Shown here piece after piece: positions 17,232 to 27,798 of a DNA stretch of 64,000 bases. The stretch comes from Bacteroidia bacterium (GTDB taxonomy: Bacteria; Bacteroidota; Bacteroidia; UBA4408), in contig DAORKI010000003.1 of NCBI GenBank assembly GCA_035439485.1, forward strand, positions 8,326 through 72,325. Reading direction: 5' to 3'. Both the position numbers and the translations under genes were made by a program. Within the stretch, counting starts at the first letter, position 1, and every line of letters begins with the position of its first letter. Under the pieces are notes generated by a model, which was given only the letters and a program-made list of their open reading frames with translations, had not been told where the DNA came from and did no database searches.

Positions 17232-18245
17232 TTATTGGAATATTTCTCTTAATTTACTTACTTGTTCGGGCGTTCCTAATACAAACAACTTTGCACCAGG
17301 TATTATTTTGGTATCTGCAGATGGATTTATCACGTATTCTCCATGTGCTGTTTTAAACCCAATAATATTTGCTCCCGATTTGTTTCTTACTTCTAAGTCT
17401 TTTATAGTATGATTTCTTAGTTGTTCAGGTAATTCACTAAACACAATTTCCTCTAAATTAATGTTTGGTCCACCTTGACCTGTAATGTGGTCTAAAAATT
17501 CAATAACATCAGGTTTTATTACCAATGACGCCATATGGGCACCTCCTATCCTATCAGGCATTATAACGTTGTTGGCACCTGCAATTTTTAATTTTTTATC
17601 ACTGTTATCGTCCGAAGCGCGGCTAATAATAGTTAAATTTGGATTAATACTTCTAGCAGTTAACACTACAAATAAATTATCGGCATCAATTGGCAAGGTA
17701 GTTATAAGGGCTCTTGCATTGGCTATACCCGTTTTATAAAGCATTTCGTCTTGGGTGCAATCGCCCTGAACACATAAAAAACCGTGCTCTCTGACTTGCT
17801 CTACAAGAGTTTCATTTTTTTCAATAATTACAAAGTTTTGATTGTTGCTTTGTAAAACAGTGGCAGCTTGCTTTCCATTACGGCCATAGCCGCATATAAC
17901 CACATGATTGCTGAGTTTTTGAATGGTGTTGTTCACTTTAAAAAATTTATAATAATAATTAAATTCGCCTTCTACTACATACTTGGTTATGGCACTAATA
18001 GCATAAGCAAATGTTCCAAAACTAGTGATAATTAAAAATGCTGTAAAAACCTTGCCAGCATCAGATAATGGTCGAACTTCTTGAAAGCCAACGGTGGCAA
18101 TAGTTATAATGGTCATATAAAAGGCTTCAAGAAATGAGTATTGTTCAATTGTTATAAATCCAACAATGCCAATACTAACCATAGCAAGGATTAAACCTAA
18201 GGCAAGATAGAGCTTCGTGAAATACTTAATTCTGAAAACCGACAT
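17232..18245 (-). CDS. 2TM ion channel with a C-terminal RCK/TrkA-N domain (MthK/Kch-like) and a non-canonical TVGFQE pore
   Basis: 337 aa. Pore helix and filter TIATVGFQEV align to MthK TIATVGYGDY. A Rossmann motif VVICGYGRNGKQAA (RCK) follows, then a TrkA-C-like C-terminus. Confidence 0.75.
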   Translation of the reverse strand: MSVFRIKYFTKLYLALGLILAMVSIGIVGFITIEQYSFLEAFYMTIITIATVGFQEVRPLSDAGKVFTAFLIITSFGTFAYAISAITKYVVEGEFNYYYKFFKVNNTIQKLSNHVVICGYGRNGKQAATVLQSNNQNFVIIEKNETLVEQVREHGFLCVQGDCTQDEMLYKTGIANARALITTLPIDADNLFVVLTARSINPNLTIISRASDDNSDKKLKIAGANNVIMPDRIGGAHMASLVIKPDVIEFLDHITGQGGPNINLEEIVFSELPEQLRNHTIKDLEVRNKSGANIIGFKTAHGEYVINPSADTKIIPGAKLFVLGTPEQVSKLREIFQ

Positions 18246-18371
18246 ATAATTTACAAATTTAAGCTGAAAATGCTTAATTTGCTAAGCTAATTTCATGATT
18301 TTTATCTTGTTTCAAAAATAAATTTAAAACCCGCTAAATTTGTTACCTTTGCATCCCAAAAATTCAACAAC

Positions 18372-19835
18372 ATGAGTGTTCAACAAAAATTTTTGGGAGA
18401 AGGATTTACTTTTGATGATGTTCTTCTTGTGCCTGCTTACAGTGAAGTATTGCCGCGTGAAACCGATATTATAGGCAAATTTTCTAGAAATATTTCATTA
18501 AAAAGTCCCATTGTGTCGGCAGCTATGGATACGGTTACCGAACATGAATTGGCTATTGCTATTGCTCAAGAAGGTGGTATTGGGGTATTGCATAAGAATA
18601 TGAGTATTGAAGCACAGGCAGAACAAGTAAAGAAGGTAAAACGCTCTGAAAGTGGTATGATTCAAGACCCTGTAACCATGAGTGTGAACGATAAGGTGAG
18701 TCATGCCTTACACATTATGAAAGAAAATAAAATTGGAGGTATCCCTGTGGTTGGAGATGACATGAAATTACTAGGGATAGTAACCAATCGTGATTTGCGC
18801 TTCGAAAAAAACATGAAACGCCCAATTAAAGAGGTAATGACAAAAAAAATAGTGACCACCAAAAATGGTCGCGATTTAAAAACTGCGGAAGATATTTTAC
18901 AACAATATAAAATTGAAAAACTGCCCGTAGTTGATAAAAACAACAAACTTATTGGCTTAATTACTTACAAAGATATTATTAAATCGCGCATCAGACCAAA
19001 TGCCTGCAAAGACAACTTAGGTCGTTTGCGTGTAGCCGCAGCAGTTGGTGTTACAGCCGATGTAGAACTAAGAATTGAGGCCCTAGCCAAAGCTGGCGTT
19101 GATGCAGTTATTATTGATACTGCACATGGTCACTCAAAAGGTGTTATTGACACTTTAAAGCGAATGAAGAAGGCCTTTCCAGGTATTGATATCATAGTTG
19201 GAAATGTAGCTACTGCAGATGCAGCTAAAGCTTTAGTAAAAGCTGGTGCTGATGCTGTTAAAGTGGGAATTGGACCTGGATCCATTTGTACTACTCGCAT
19301 CATAGCAGGTGTAGGTGTTCCGCAATTATCAGCCATTTACGAATGTGCTAATGCGGTTAAAAATACAGGAGTTCCTATAATTGCTGATGGAGGAATACGA
19401 TTTACTGGAGATATAGTAAAAGCAATTGCTGCTGGTGCTGGATGTGTTATGGTGGGGTCCTTATTTGCAGGTGTGGCCGAATCTCCTGGCGAAACCATTA
19501 TTTTTGAAGGTAGAAAATTTAAATCCTATCGTGGAATGGGTTCAATTGAAGCTATGCAAAGTGGCTCTAAGGACCGCTATTTCCAAGATGCTGAAGATGA
19601 TATTAAGAAATTAGTGCCCGAAGGTATTTCAGGCAGGGTTCCATATAAAGGTACATTAGCTGAAGTAGTTTACCAAATGGTAGGCGGATTAAGAGCCGGA
19701 ATGGGTTATTGTGGTGCTAAAAATATTGAAGATTTACAAAAAGCAAAATTCATCAGAATAACTTCTGCAGGTGTGCGCGAAAACCATCCACATGATGTAA
19801 TCATTACTCGTGAAGCACCAAATTATTCGCGCTAA
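18372..19835 (+). CDS. guaB: IMP dehydrogenase
   Basis: 487 aa. Tandem CBS domains, the catalytic loop [11 protein letters not shown], and GGIRFTGDI. Confidence 0.95.
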   Translation: MSVQQKFLGEGFTFDDVLLVPAYSEVLPRETDIIGKFSRNISLKSPIVSAAMDTVTEHELAIAIAQEGGIGVLHKNMSIEAQAEQVKKVKRSESGMIQDPVTMSVNDKVSHALHIMKENKIGGIPVVGDDMKLLGIVTNRDLRFEKNMKRPIKEVMTKKIVTTKNGRDLKTAEDILQQYKIEKLPVVDKNNKLIGLITYKDIIKSRIRPNACKDNLGRLRVAAAVGVTADVELRIEALAKAGVDAVIIDTAHGHSKGVIDTLKRMKKAFPGIDIIVGNVATADAAKALVKAGADAVKVGIGPGSICTTRIIAGVGVPQLSAIYECANAVKNTGVPIIADGGIRFTGDIVKAIAAGAGCVMVGSLFAGVAESPGETIIFEGRKFKSYRGMGSIEAMQSGSKDRYFQDAEDDIKKLVPEGISGRVPYKGTLAEVVYQMVGGLRAGMGYCGAKNIEDLQKAKFIRITSAGVRENHPHDVIITREAPNYSR

Positions 19836-19859
19836 GCAGTGGCACATAATTATTAGTTT

Positions 19860-20804
19860 ATGAATCGTATCAATCAATTATTTCAAATAAAATATCCTAT
19901 CATTCAAGCTGGTATGATTTGGTGTAGTGGTTGGGAATTGGCTTCCTCAGTAAGTAATGCCGGAGGGTTAGGATTAATTGGCAGTGGTAGTATGTATCCC
20001 GATGTCTTGAAAATGCATATACAAAAATGCAAAAAAGCCACTATCAAACCTTTTGGTGTGAACGTGCCTTTGTTGTATCCCAATATTGAAGAACATATTA
20101 AAACAATTATTGAAGAAAAGGTTCCCATCGTGTTCAGCAGTGCTGGTAATCCCAAAACATGGACTAGCATTTTAAAAGCTGAAGGTATTAAGGTAGTACA
20201 TGTAGTAAGCAATGTAAAATTTGCCTTAAAAAGTGCCGAAGCTGGTGTTGATGCTATTGTTGCCGAAGGCTTTGAAGCTGGCGGACACAATGGTAGAGAA
20301 GAAACTACAACTTTGTGCTTAATTCCTTTGGTTCGAAAAGCTATTGATATTCCTTTGATTGCTGCAGGTGGTATTGCCACAGGAAGTGCTATGGCGGCCA
20401 TGTTTTGCTTAGGTGCTGATGGCGTGCAAGTAGGTAGTCGATTTGCTGCAACCCATGAATCTTCGGCTCATCAAAATTTTAAAGATAGAATTATTAATAC
20501 CTCTGAAGGAGATACACTGCTAACATTAAAAGAACTTACCCCTGTGCGTTTAATTAAAAATGAATTTTACGCAAAGGTTGAAGCTGCCTATCAAGCGGGA
20601 GCTAACAAAGAACAACTCAACGAATTATTAGGCCATGGCAGAGCCAAAAAAGGCATGTTTGAGGGGGATACCATTGAAGGCGAATTGGAAATTGGACAGG
20701 TAAGTAGTTTAATAAAAAATATAGTGCCGGCTGCACAAATTGTTGCAGAAATGATGCAGGAGTTTGAGGAGGTAAAAAGAAATTTTACATCAATGTCATT
20801 ATAG
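19860..20804 (+). CDS. NAD(P)H-dependent flavin oxidoreductase of the nitronate monooxygenase / FabK-like family
   Basis: 314 aa. N-terminal [28 protein letters not shown] and a TIM-barrel FMN-binding pattern. Confidence 0.7.
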   Translation: MNRINQLFQIKYPIIQAGMIWCSGWELASSVSNAGGLGLIGSGSMYPDVLKMHIQKCKKATIKPFGVNVPLLYPNIEEHIKTIIEEKVPIVFSSAGNPKTWTSILKAEGIKVVHVVSNVKFALKSAEAGVDAIVAEGFEAGGHNGREETTTLCLIPLVRKAIDIPLIAAGGIATGSAMAAMFCLGADGVQVGSRFAATHESSAHQNFKDRIINTSEGDTLLTLKELTPVRLIKNEFYAKVEAAYQAGANKEQLNELLGHGRAKKGMFEGDTIEGELEIGQVSSLIKNIVPAAQIVAEMMQEFEEVKRNFTSMSL

Positions 20805-21076
20805 TTTTATTTGGGCGTTACCGCTGCCTTTAGTATAGGTCGTATTTTCCCGCGCCCGATGTATCGGGATAGCTACAATCACTCACACTTGAATAGCTAT
20901 TTGCTTTATGCTTAATAATTAACAAAGCTGAAATTAAATATTTCAAAATTTGAAAGTAACTTTAAAACAATCTTTTCATGCCATTGATTTTAAAATCATG
21001 AATTACCTTTACGATTTCCAAACTTCTTTTCAACAAGTTAAAAAAATTAGCGTCTAAGTTTTAACTTTGACCAGTT

Positions 21077-23728
21077 ATGGCGGCTAAAGCAAATAAAGAA
21101 ACCAAAAGCGTAAATGGTGTGGTAGAAACCCCACTCATGAAGCAATACAACACTATTAAGGCCAAATATCCTGATGCTTTGTTATTGTTTCGTGTGGGCG
21201 ATTTTTATGAAACATTTGGTGAAGATGCTGTGAAAGCAGCCGGTATTTTAGGTATTGTACTTACCAAAAGAGCTAATGGTGCAGCGGCTTATATTGAACT
21301 GGCTGGTTTTCCACATCATTCACTTGATTCTTATTTGCCCAAATTAGTAAGAGCTGGTCATCGTGTGGCCATTTGTGATCAGTTGGAAGATCCAAAACTT
21401 GCCAAAACCATTGTTAAAAGAGGTGTCACAGAATTGGTAACACCAGGTGTATCTTACAATGACAAGGTATTAGACAATCAATCTAACAACTTTTTAGCAG
21501 CAGTTTATTTAGAAGCCAATAAGGCTGGTTTATCATTTTTAGATATTTCAACTGGTGAGTTTTTTGTGGCTGAAGGCACATGGGATTATGCTGATAAATT
21601 ATTGCAAAATTTAAAACCAAGTGAAGTACTGTTCCAAAAAAGTATCCGTAAAGATTTTACTGCACATTTTGGTACACGATTTTACTCTTTTCCATTGGAT
21701 GAATGGGTATTTACACAAGATTATGCGAATGATATTTTATTAAAACATTTTGGAACCTCCTCCCTTAAAGGCTTCGGTGTTGAGCAATTGCCTCTAGGAA
21801 TTATTGCAGCTGGAGCTGCTTTGCACTATTTAGCAGAAACTCAACACGACAAAGTTCAACATATCAATCATTTATCGCGCATTGATGAGGAAAGATTTGT
21901 TTGGTTAGACAGATTTACAATTCGAAATTTAGAATTATTCCAACCTTCGGGCAATGGTGAAAACCAAAAGGGAAAGTCCTTAATAGATATAATTGACAAC
22001 ACTGTTTCGGCAATGGGGTCACGAATGTTAAAAAGATGGGTAGGAATGCCTTTAAAGGATTTATTGCCTATTCACGAACGCCTCGATTTGGTTGAACTAT
22101 TCATTCAGCAATCAAACATGGCTGAAAGTATGCAAGGGCAGATAAAAAGCATGGGTGATTTAGAAAGATTAATTGCTAAAGTAGCCGTTAACCGTGTTTC
22201 TCCAAGAGAATTAGTGCAATTAAAAAACGCCCTCTTTGAAATAAAAAATTTAAAAGAAATTTGTTTACAAAGCACAAATACTCATCTAAAAAAAATAGGT
22301 GAACAACTCAATCCATGTCTTCTTATAGCTGAACGTCTTGAAAAGGAAATTAACCCCAATCCTCCAGCATTAGTGAATAAAGGAGATGTAATTTCTTCAG
22401 GTGTTAATAGTACTTTAGATGAACTCCGAAATTTAGCCTTCAAAGGAAAAGACTATTTGATACAAATGCAGCTGAAAGAAGCTGAAAAAACTGGCATTCC
22501 TTCACTAAAAATTTCTTTTAACAATGTATTTGGATACTATTTAGAAGTTACAAATACACACAAAAACAAAGTGCCAAGTGATTGGATTAGGAAACAAACA
22601 TTGACTAATGCAGAACGCTACATTACACCAGAATTAAAAGAATATGAAGAAAAAATTTTAGGCGCAGAAGAAAAAATTTTAGCACTTGAAAACCAACTTT
22701 ACAATGATATTGTAATTAGTTTGATGGATTACATACAACCAGTGCAATTAAATGCTTCCTTAGTGGCTCGAATTGATTGTTTGCTGAGTTTTGCACAATG
22801 CGCTATTCAAAATAATTATGTGAAACCTGAAGTGAGTAGTGATTTGGTGCTTAATATTTCTGAAGGCAGACATCCTGTAATTGAAAAATTGTTGCCTCCA
22901 GGCGAACCATATATAAGTAACGATATTTATTTAGATGATCAAACCCAACAAATAATTGTAATTACAGGTCCAAATATGTCAGGTAAATCTGCCGTATTAC
23001 GACAAACTGCATTAATTGTAATCATGGCTCAGATAGGCAGTTATGTGCCAGCAAAACATGCTCAAATTGGTTTGATTGACAAGGTTTTTACACGTGTGGG
23101 GGCTTCTGACAACATTAATTCTGGTGAGTCAACTTTTATGGTTGAGATGAATGAAACAGCAAGCATTTTAAATAATTTATCCAGTAGAAGTTTAATTCTA
23201 TTGGATGAAATTGGACGAGGCACCAGCACCTACGATGGTATTTCCATTGCATGGAGCATTGCTGAATTCATTCATGAGCATAAGCAATTTAAGGCAAAAA
23301 CATTATTTGCTACGCATTATCACGAGCTCAATGAAATGGCCGATCGCTTTAAACGCATCAAAAATTTTAATGTTTCTGTAAAGGAATTAGAAAAAAAAGT
23401 GCTTTTCCTTCGTAAACTTACACCAGGTGGAAGTGAGCATAGTTTTGGCATTCATGTAGCACGTATGGCTGGTATGCCTAAGTTGGTGTTGGACAGAGCA
23501 AATCAAATATTGGCACATTTAGAAAGTTTACATAAACAACAAGATACAAGTGGCAAACAAAAGAAAATGAGTTTGCCTGCTCAAGATTACCAACTAAGTT
23601 TTTTTCAGTTAGATGATCCCGTTTTAAGCAATATCAAAGATGAATTATTAAAGACAGATATAAATACTTTAACACCTGTTGAAGCTTTGATGAAACTAAA
23701 TGAAATAAAGAAAATGGTTGGAGGATAA
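21077..23728 (+). CDS. mutS: DNA mismatch repair protein MutS
   Basis: 883 aa. Mismatch-binding N-terminal domain, Walker A GPNMSGKS, and the signature [11 protein letters not shown]...[14 protein letters not shown]. Confidence 0.95.
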   Translation: MAAKANKETKSVNGVVETPLMKQYNTIKAKYPDALLLFRVGDFYETFGEDAVKAAGILGIVLTKRANGAAAYIELAGFPHHSLDSYLPKLVRAGHRVAICDQLEDPKLAKTIVKRGVTELVTPGVSYNDKVLDNQSNNFLAAVYLEANKAGLSFLDISTGEFFVAEGTWDYADKLLQNLKPSEVLFQKSIRKDFTAHFGTRFYSFPLDEWVFTQDYANDILLKHFGTSSLKGFGVEQLPLGIIAAGAALHYLAETQHDKVQHINHLSRIDEERFVWLDRFTIRNLELFQPSGNGENQKGKSLIDIIDNTVSAMGSRMLKRWVGMPLKDLLPIHERLDLVELFIQQSNMAESMQGQIKSMGDLERLIAKVAVNRVSPRELVQLKNALFEIKNLKEICLQSTNTHLKKIGEQLNPCLLIAERLEKEINPNPPALVNKGDVISSGVNSTLDELRNLAFKGKDYLIQMQLKEAEKTGIPSLKISFNNVFGYYLEVTNTHKNKVPSDWIRKQTLTNAERYITPELKEYEEKILGAEEKILALENQLYNDIVISLMDYIQPVQLNASLVARIDCLLSFAQCAIQNNYVKPEVSSDLVLNISEGRHPVIEKLLPPGEPYISNDIYLDDQTQQIIVITGPNMSGKSAVLRQTALIVIMAQIGSYVPAKHAQIGLIDKVFTRVGASDNINSGESTFMVEMNETASILNNLSSRSLILLDEIGRGTSTYDGISIAWSIAEFIHEHKQFKAKTLFATHYHELNEMADRFKRIKNFNVSVKELEKKVLFLRKLTPGGSEHSFGIHVARMAGMPKLVLDRANQILAHLESLHKQQDTSGKQKKMSLPAQDYQLSFFQLDDPVLSNIKDELLKTDINTLTPVEALMKLNEIKKMVGG

Positions 23729-23911
23729 TATGTATATTTATTATGCTTTGAAAACATATTTGAGTAAAACTATTGAATTAGGTGCCATAAAACATTTTTT
23801 TAACACAAGCGATGCCGCCAAAAAGTATTTTCTTAATAATATAGTATTTTTTATAGTGACATTTCTTATTCCCTTTAAATTTACTAAAATTGCACATCAT
23901 ATAAACCAATT

Positions 23912-25540
23912 ATGAATATAGAATTTAACCGTAATGAAGATGCTAATAGACTCCTTGTCTCAAACATGGAGAGAAAATTAGTAAAAATATATCAAGGTGG
24001 TGGTGCCAAACGTATTGAAAAACTGCATGCCGAAGGAAAAATGACAGCTCGTGAACGTATAGCATTTTTAATTGATAAAGACTCTGAAACAATTGAAATT
24101 GGTGCATTTGTTGGCGAAGACATGTACGAAGAGCATGGTGGTTGCCCAAGTGGCGGAGTTGTAATTGTGATGGGATATGTAAGTAAAAGGTTATGTTTAA
24201 TTGTGGCTAATGATGCCACAGTTAAAGCGGGTGCTTGGTTTCCAATAACTGGCAAAAAGAATTTAAGAGCCCAAGAAATTGCCATGGAAAATAAAATTCC
24301 TATCATTTACTTAGTTGATAGTGCTGGAGTTTATCTACCCATGCAGGATGAAATTTTTCCTGATAAGGAGCATTTTGGCCGAATTTTTAGAAATAATGCA
24401 ATAATGAGTAGCATGGGTATCATACAAATTGCCGCCATTATGGGCAGTTGCGTTGCTGGAGGTGCCTATTTACCAATCATGAGCGATGAAGCTATGATTG
24501 TTGATAAAACTGGAAGTATATTTTTAGCTGGTTCCTATTTAGTAAAAGCTGCTATTGGTGAAAGTATTGATAATGAAACTTTGGGAGGAGCAACTACACA
24601 GTGCGAAATTAGCGGTGTAACTGATAATAAATGTAAGGATGATGCCGACTGTTTAACTCGTATAAGAAACATCATGGATAAGCTAGGAAAGCCTGCTGAT
24701 GCAGGTTTTGATAGAGTAAAATCAGTTGCTCCAGCTAAGGATGTTAAAGAAATTTTTGGCATATTACCCGACTCGCGCGACAAACAATACGATATGCACG
24801 AAATTATTTATCGATTGATTGACAATTCTGAATTTGAAGAATACAAAAGTGCCTACGGTCAGTCTATTATTTGCGGCTTAGCAAGAATTGATGGCTGGGC
24901 TGTTGGAATCGTGGCCAATCAACGCAAAGTAGTTAAAAGCAAAAAAGGAGAAATGCAATTTGGTGGGGTTATATACTCAGATAGTGCCGACAAAGCAGCA
25001 CGATTCATCATGAACTGCAATCAAAGAAAAATTCCATTAGTGTTTTTGCAAGATGTTACTGGCTTTATGGTGGGCTCACGTAGCGAACACGGAGGTATAA
25101 TTAAAGATGGAGCAAAATTAGTGAATGCCATGAGTAATTCTGTGGTTCCTAAATTTACCATTATTGTAGGAAATAGTTATGGAGCAGGTAATTATGCTAT
25201 GTGTGGCAAAGCATATGATCCTAGGCTAATTGTAGGTTGGCCAAGTGCTCAAGTGGCAGTAATGGGTGGTGCCCAAGCTGCAAAAGTTTTAGTGCAAATT
25301 GAGGTAGCTAGTTTAAAATCAAAAGGCGAGATAATTACTCCTGAAAACGAAGCTGAATTGTATAATCGTATTAAAGATAAATACGACAAGCAAACCAGCC
25401 CATATTATGCTGCTGCACGTTTGTGGTTAGATGCCATAATTAATCCTTTAGATACAAGAAAGATAATAAGTATGGGTATTCAAGCGGCTAATCAATCGCC
25501 CATTAAAAAACGTTATAATGTTGGTGTAATTCAAACATAA
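23912..25540 (+). CDS. acyl-CoA carboxylase carboxyltransferase (beta) subunit, methylcrotonyl-/propionyl-CoA carboxylase type
   Basis: 542 aa. Two crotonase-fold carboxyltransferase halves. The N-terminal stretch GGAKRIEKLHAEGKMTARERI...IANDATVKAGAWFP is typical of MCCase/PCCase beta chains. No biotin carboxylase gene is adjacent. Confidence 0.8.
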   Translation: MNIEFNRNEDANRLLVSNMERKLVKIYQGGGAKRIEKLHAEGKMTARERIAFLIDKDSETIEIGAFVGEDMYEEHGGCPSGGVVIVMGYVSKRLCLIVANDATVKAGAWFPITGKKNLRAQEIAMENKIPIIYLVDSAGVYLPMQDEIFPDKEHFGRIFRNNAIMSSMGIIQIAAIMGSCVAGGAYLPIMSDEAMIVDKTGSIFLAGSYLVKAAIGESIDNETLGGATTQCEISGVTDNKCKDDADCLTRIRNIMDKLGKPADAGFDRVKSVAPAKDVKEIFGILPDSRDKQYDMHEIIYRLIDNSEFEEYKSAYGQSIICGLARIDGWAVGIVANQRKVVKSKKGEMQFGGVIYSDSADKAARFIMNCNQRKIPLVFLQDVTGFMVGSRSEHGGIIKDGAKLVNAMSNSVVPKFTIIVGNSYGAGNYAMCGKAYDPRLIVGWPSAQVAVMGGAQAAKVLVQIEVASLKSKGEIITPENEAELYNRIKDKYDKQTSPYYAAARLWLDAIINPLDTRKIISMGIQAANQSPIKKRYNVGVIQT

Positions 25541-25557
25541 AATTGCTTACTTAAGTT

Positions 25558-27165
25558 TTAATGACCTATACCCTCTAACTTTCTTATGGTGTAAAAACCA
25601 TAACCTTGATTAAAATCTGATAAGTAGTAAATCTCATTATTTACAAGCACAGGAGATAATTTGAGATCCTTGGTATATGTTATTTTTTTACCATTAAAAT
25701 AAAGTTGATTGTTTAGTAATTTAACTATGCTAGAGTGTTTAAGTGTGTCTTGAATTTCTGTAGCACAATGTATTTCGCCATCATGACTCCAATATGCGTA
25801 ATATAAGAAGTCGTTTTTCAAGTACAGTCTGGAAATTAATTCAGGTTTATTTTCCACAATTACATATTTACTTGGGCTATATCTTTCTTTAAAGAACAAA
25901 TTAAAAGTAGTTAATATTACAAAACCTATTGTCAGTAAAGATAATTTATTACTCCACTGTACCCCTTCAGTTTTAATAAGAACCACAAAAAGCAACATCA
26001 TAAAAATTAACTTGCTATACCGTAATAAATAATTCATGTGCATCATTTTATATGCAGGAACCCAGCTGATATAGAATACTATAATAAAAACAAAAGCCAC
26101 TAAAATAAAGTGATGCTGATATTTATTTAGATAAAAAAACAAGGCAAAAATTATAAAAATCATAGTATAGGTATTGCAGTTAGGCAAAAGCAAAAGCGAG
26201 CACAGTAGCCATAAACCATAATTGTATAAGTTGTGACTTTTGTTTCTTAATGTTGCGTTTACTGCTAAAACTAAAATTGCACTTTTCACAATTATAACAC
26301 TTATTAAAAACATGGCATAGCTATCATATATAGCTAAAGGATTTCTAAGTTCATCATAAACAAACATCATTTTAAAAAATAAAAAAAATGTCTGAAAATA
26401 ATAGGAAAAACTAGCATGAATTTCACCAAAGTTTGTTCTAGGAAATACGTCTAATAAATACAATTTCCAAATTGAAGTACCTTGTATTGCTATAGAAATC
26501 AATAAAAAAAATAAGCAAAAAGAAATTACCCTAACAGCCAGTTTAATTGGATGTGCAATCATCAAAAATATGATTAAAAAAATCGGAAAAACTTTGCTTA
26601 TTATGGCCAATGAAAGAAAAAGAGAAGAAAGGGTATATTTTTTATTTTCAAGGGCCAACAAGCTTTCGCTTAAAAGAAAAAACAATATAAAATAAAACTG
26701 TCCAAAATAAATATTACTTCTAAAAGGAAAATAAAAAACAATAGGTAATAAAATGAGATACTTTGCTTCTATTTTGTAAAATAACACAAGTCTTTTTAAG
26801 GAAAAAATAAACAACAAAATACTGATCAAATTATTCAATAATTTTGCGTTGAATACATCCATTAATGTAAATGGATAATAATAAAAACAAATATTTGGCG
26901 GGTGTGTAAACCCGGCATAAAAGTCATCTATTTTAAGCACGTTTTTAACGTAATTACATAGCTCTACTGGCTGAAAAACCAATAGTTTAAAACTTTTATC
27001 AAAGCTCATTATTGAACTGTAATAATAAGTTTCAAAATCACTCATAGAAATTTTTAATGAGTTAATTAATATCACAATTAATATAAAAACGGTAAAGGCT
27101 AAAGCAACGCTGGCAGATAAATGGTCAGATATTCTTTTTCTAAATTTTTGCATATAGAAAAACAT
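25558..27165 (-). CDS. polytopic membrane protein, possibly a GT-C-fold glycosyltransferase (DUF2029-like)
   Basis: 535 aa, extremely Phe/Leu/Ile/Tyr-rich, about 11 predicted TM helices plus a roughly 120-aa C-terminal soluble domain. Markedly AT-rich codon usage. The function is a guess from topology. Confidence 0.35.
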   Translation of the reverse strand: MFFYMQKFRKRISDHLSASVALAFTVFILIVILINSLKISMSDFETYYYSSIMSFDKSFKLLVFQPVELCNYVKNVLKIDDFYAGFTHPPNICFYYYPFTLMDVFNAKLLNNLISILLFIFSLKRLVLFYKIEAKYLILLPIVFYFPFRSNIYFGQFYFILFFLLSESLLALENKKYTLSSLFLSLAIISKVFPIFLIIFLMIAHPIKLAVRVISFCLFFLLISIAIQGTSIWKLYLLDVFPRTNFGEIHASFSYYFQTFFLFFKMMFVYDELRNPLAIYDSYAMFLISVIIVKSAILVLAVNATLRNKSHNLYNYGLWLLCSLLLLPNCNTYTMIFIIFALFFYLNKYQHHFILVAFVFIIVFYISWVPAYKMMHMNYLLRYSKLIFMMLLFVVLIKTEGVQWSNKLSLLTIGFVILTTFNLFFKERYSPSKYVIVENKPELISRLYLKNDFLYYAYWSHDGEIHCATEIQDTLKHSSIVKLLNNQLYFNGKKITYTKDLKLSPVLVNNEIYYLSDFNQGYGFYTIRKLEGIGH

Positions 27166-27188
27166 ATTTAATTGAATCTTCTGATTAA

Positions 27189-27797
27189 TTATGCCATTAA
27201 CTTATTTGTTTCTTCAATAAACTGAAGTATATCTTCTTTCCCTTGTTTTAGTTCGGATGAACTTATAAAAATTTGAGGTAACTCCTCCCAACTGTGCAAT
27301 AATTCCTTTTTATAATGCGCTATATTCTTAGCTAAAACAACTTTGTTTAACTTATCAGATTTGGTAAAAACTATACAAAATGACAATTGATTAATAGCCA
27401 TCCATTCCATAAACTCCAGGTCAATTTTTTGGGGTTCAAGTCTAGCATCAATGAGTACAAAAACGCAGAGTAAGTTGCTTCTCTTTTTCAAATAATCAAT
27501 GGTAAACTTATTCCACTTTTCAGCATTATTTTTTGAAGTTTTGGCATATCCATAACCAGGCAAATCGACCAAATACCAAGGATTATGTTTATCATTGATC
27601 AAAAAGTGATTAATCAGTTGCGTTTTACCGGGCTTAGAAGAAGTTTTTGCTAATCCATCATGGTTAACTAACATATTAATCAATGAAGACTTTCCAACAT
27701 TACTCCTTCCTATAAAGGCGTACTCTGCCTTATCAGCTTTTGGGCACAATTGATAATTGGTATTACTAGCTAAAAATTGTGCGTTTTTTATTTGCAT
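27189..27797 (-). CDS. engB: ribosome biogenesis GTP-binding protein YihA/EngB
   Basis: 202 aa. G1 GRSNVGKSSLIN, G3 DLPGYGY, G4 TKSDK. Confidence 0.85.
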   Translation of the reverse strand: MQIKNAQFLASNTNYQLCPKADKAEYAFIGRSNVGKSSLINMLVNHDGLAKTSSKPGKTQLINHFLINDKHNPWYLVDLPGYGYAKTSKNNAEKWNKFTIDYLKKRSNLLCVFVLIDARLEPQKIDLEFMEWMAINQLSFCIVFTKSDKLNKVVLAKNIAHYKKELLHSWEELPQIFISSSELKQGKEDILQFIEETNKLMA

Positions 27798-27798
27798 T

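Noticed and set aside
19904-20401. 165-aa minus-strand ORF
   Set aside because: Fully embedded antisense in the NMO/FabK-like gene, whose own frame carries clear family motifs.
20813-20900. tRNA or tmRNA candidate
   Set aside because: No 7-bp acceptor stem closing the element, no T-loop GTTC-like box, and stems do not fit a cloverleaf; kept only as an unclassified structured element.
23718-23915. 65-aa ORF bridging the mutS stop and the carboxyltransferase start
   Set aside because: Overlaps both the mutS 3' end and the next gene's start; no signal peptide or motif; most likely just the AT-rich intergenic spacer read in frame.
23943-24783. Three minus-strand ORFs (68, 104, 82 aa)
   Set aside because: All antisense within the acyl-CoA carboxyltransferase gene.
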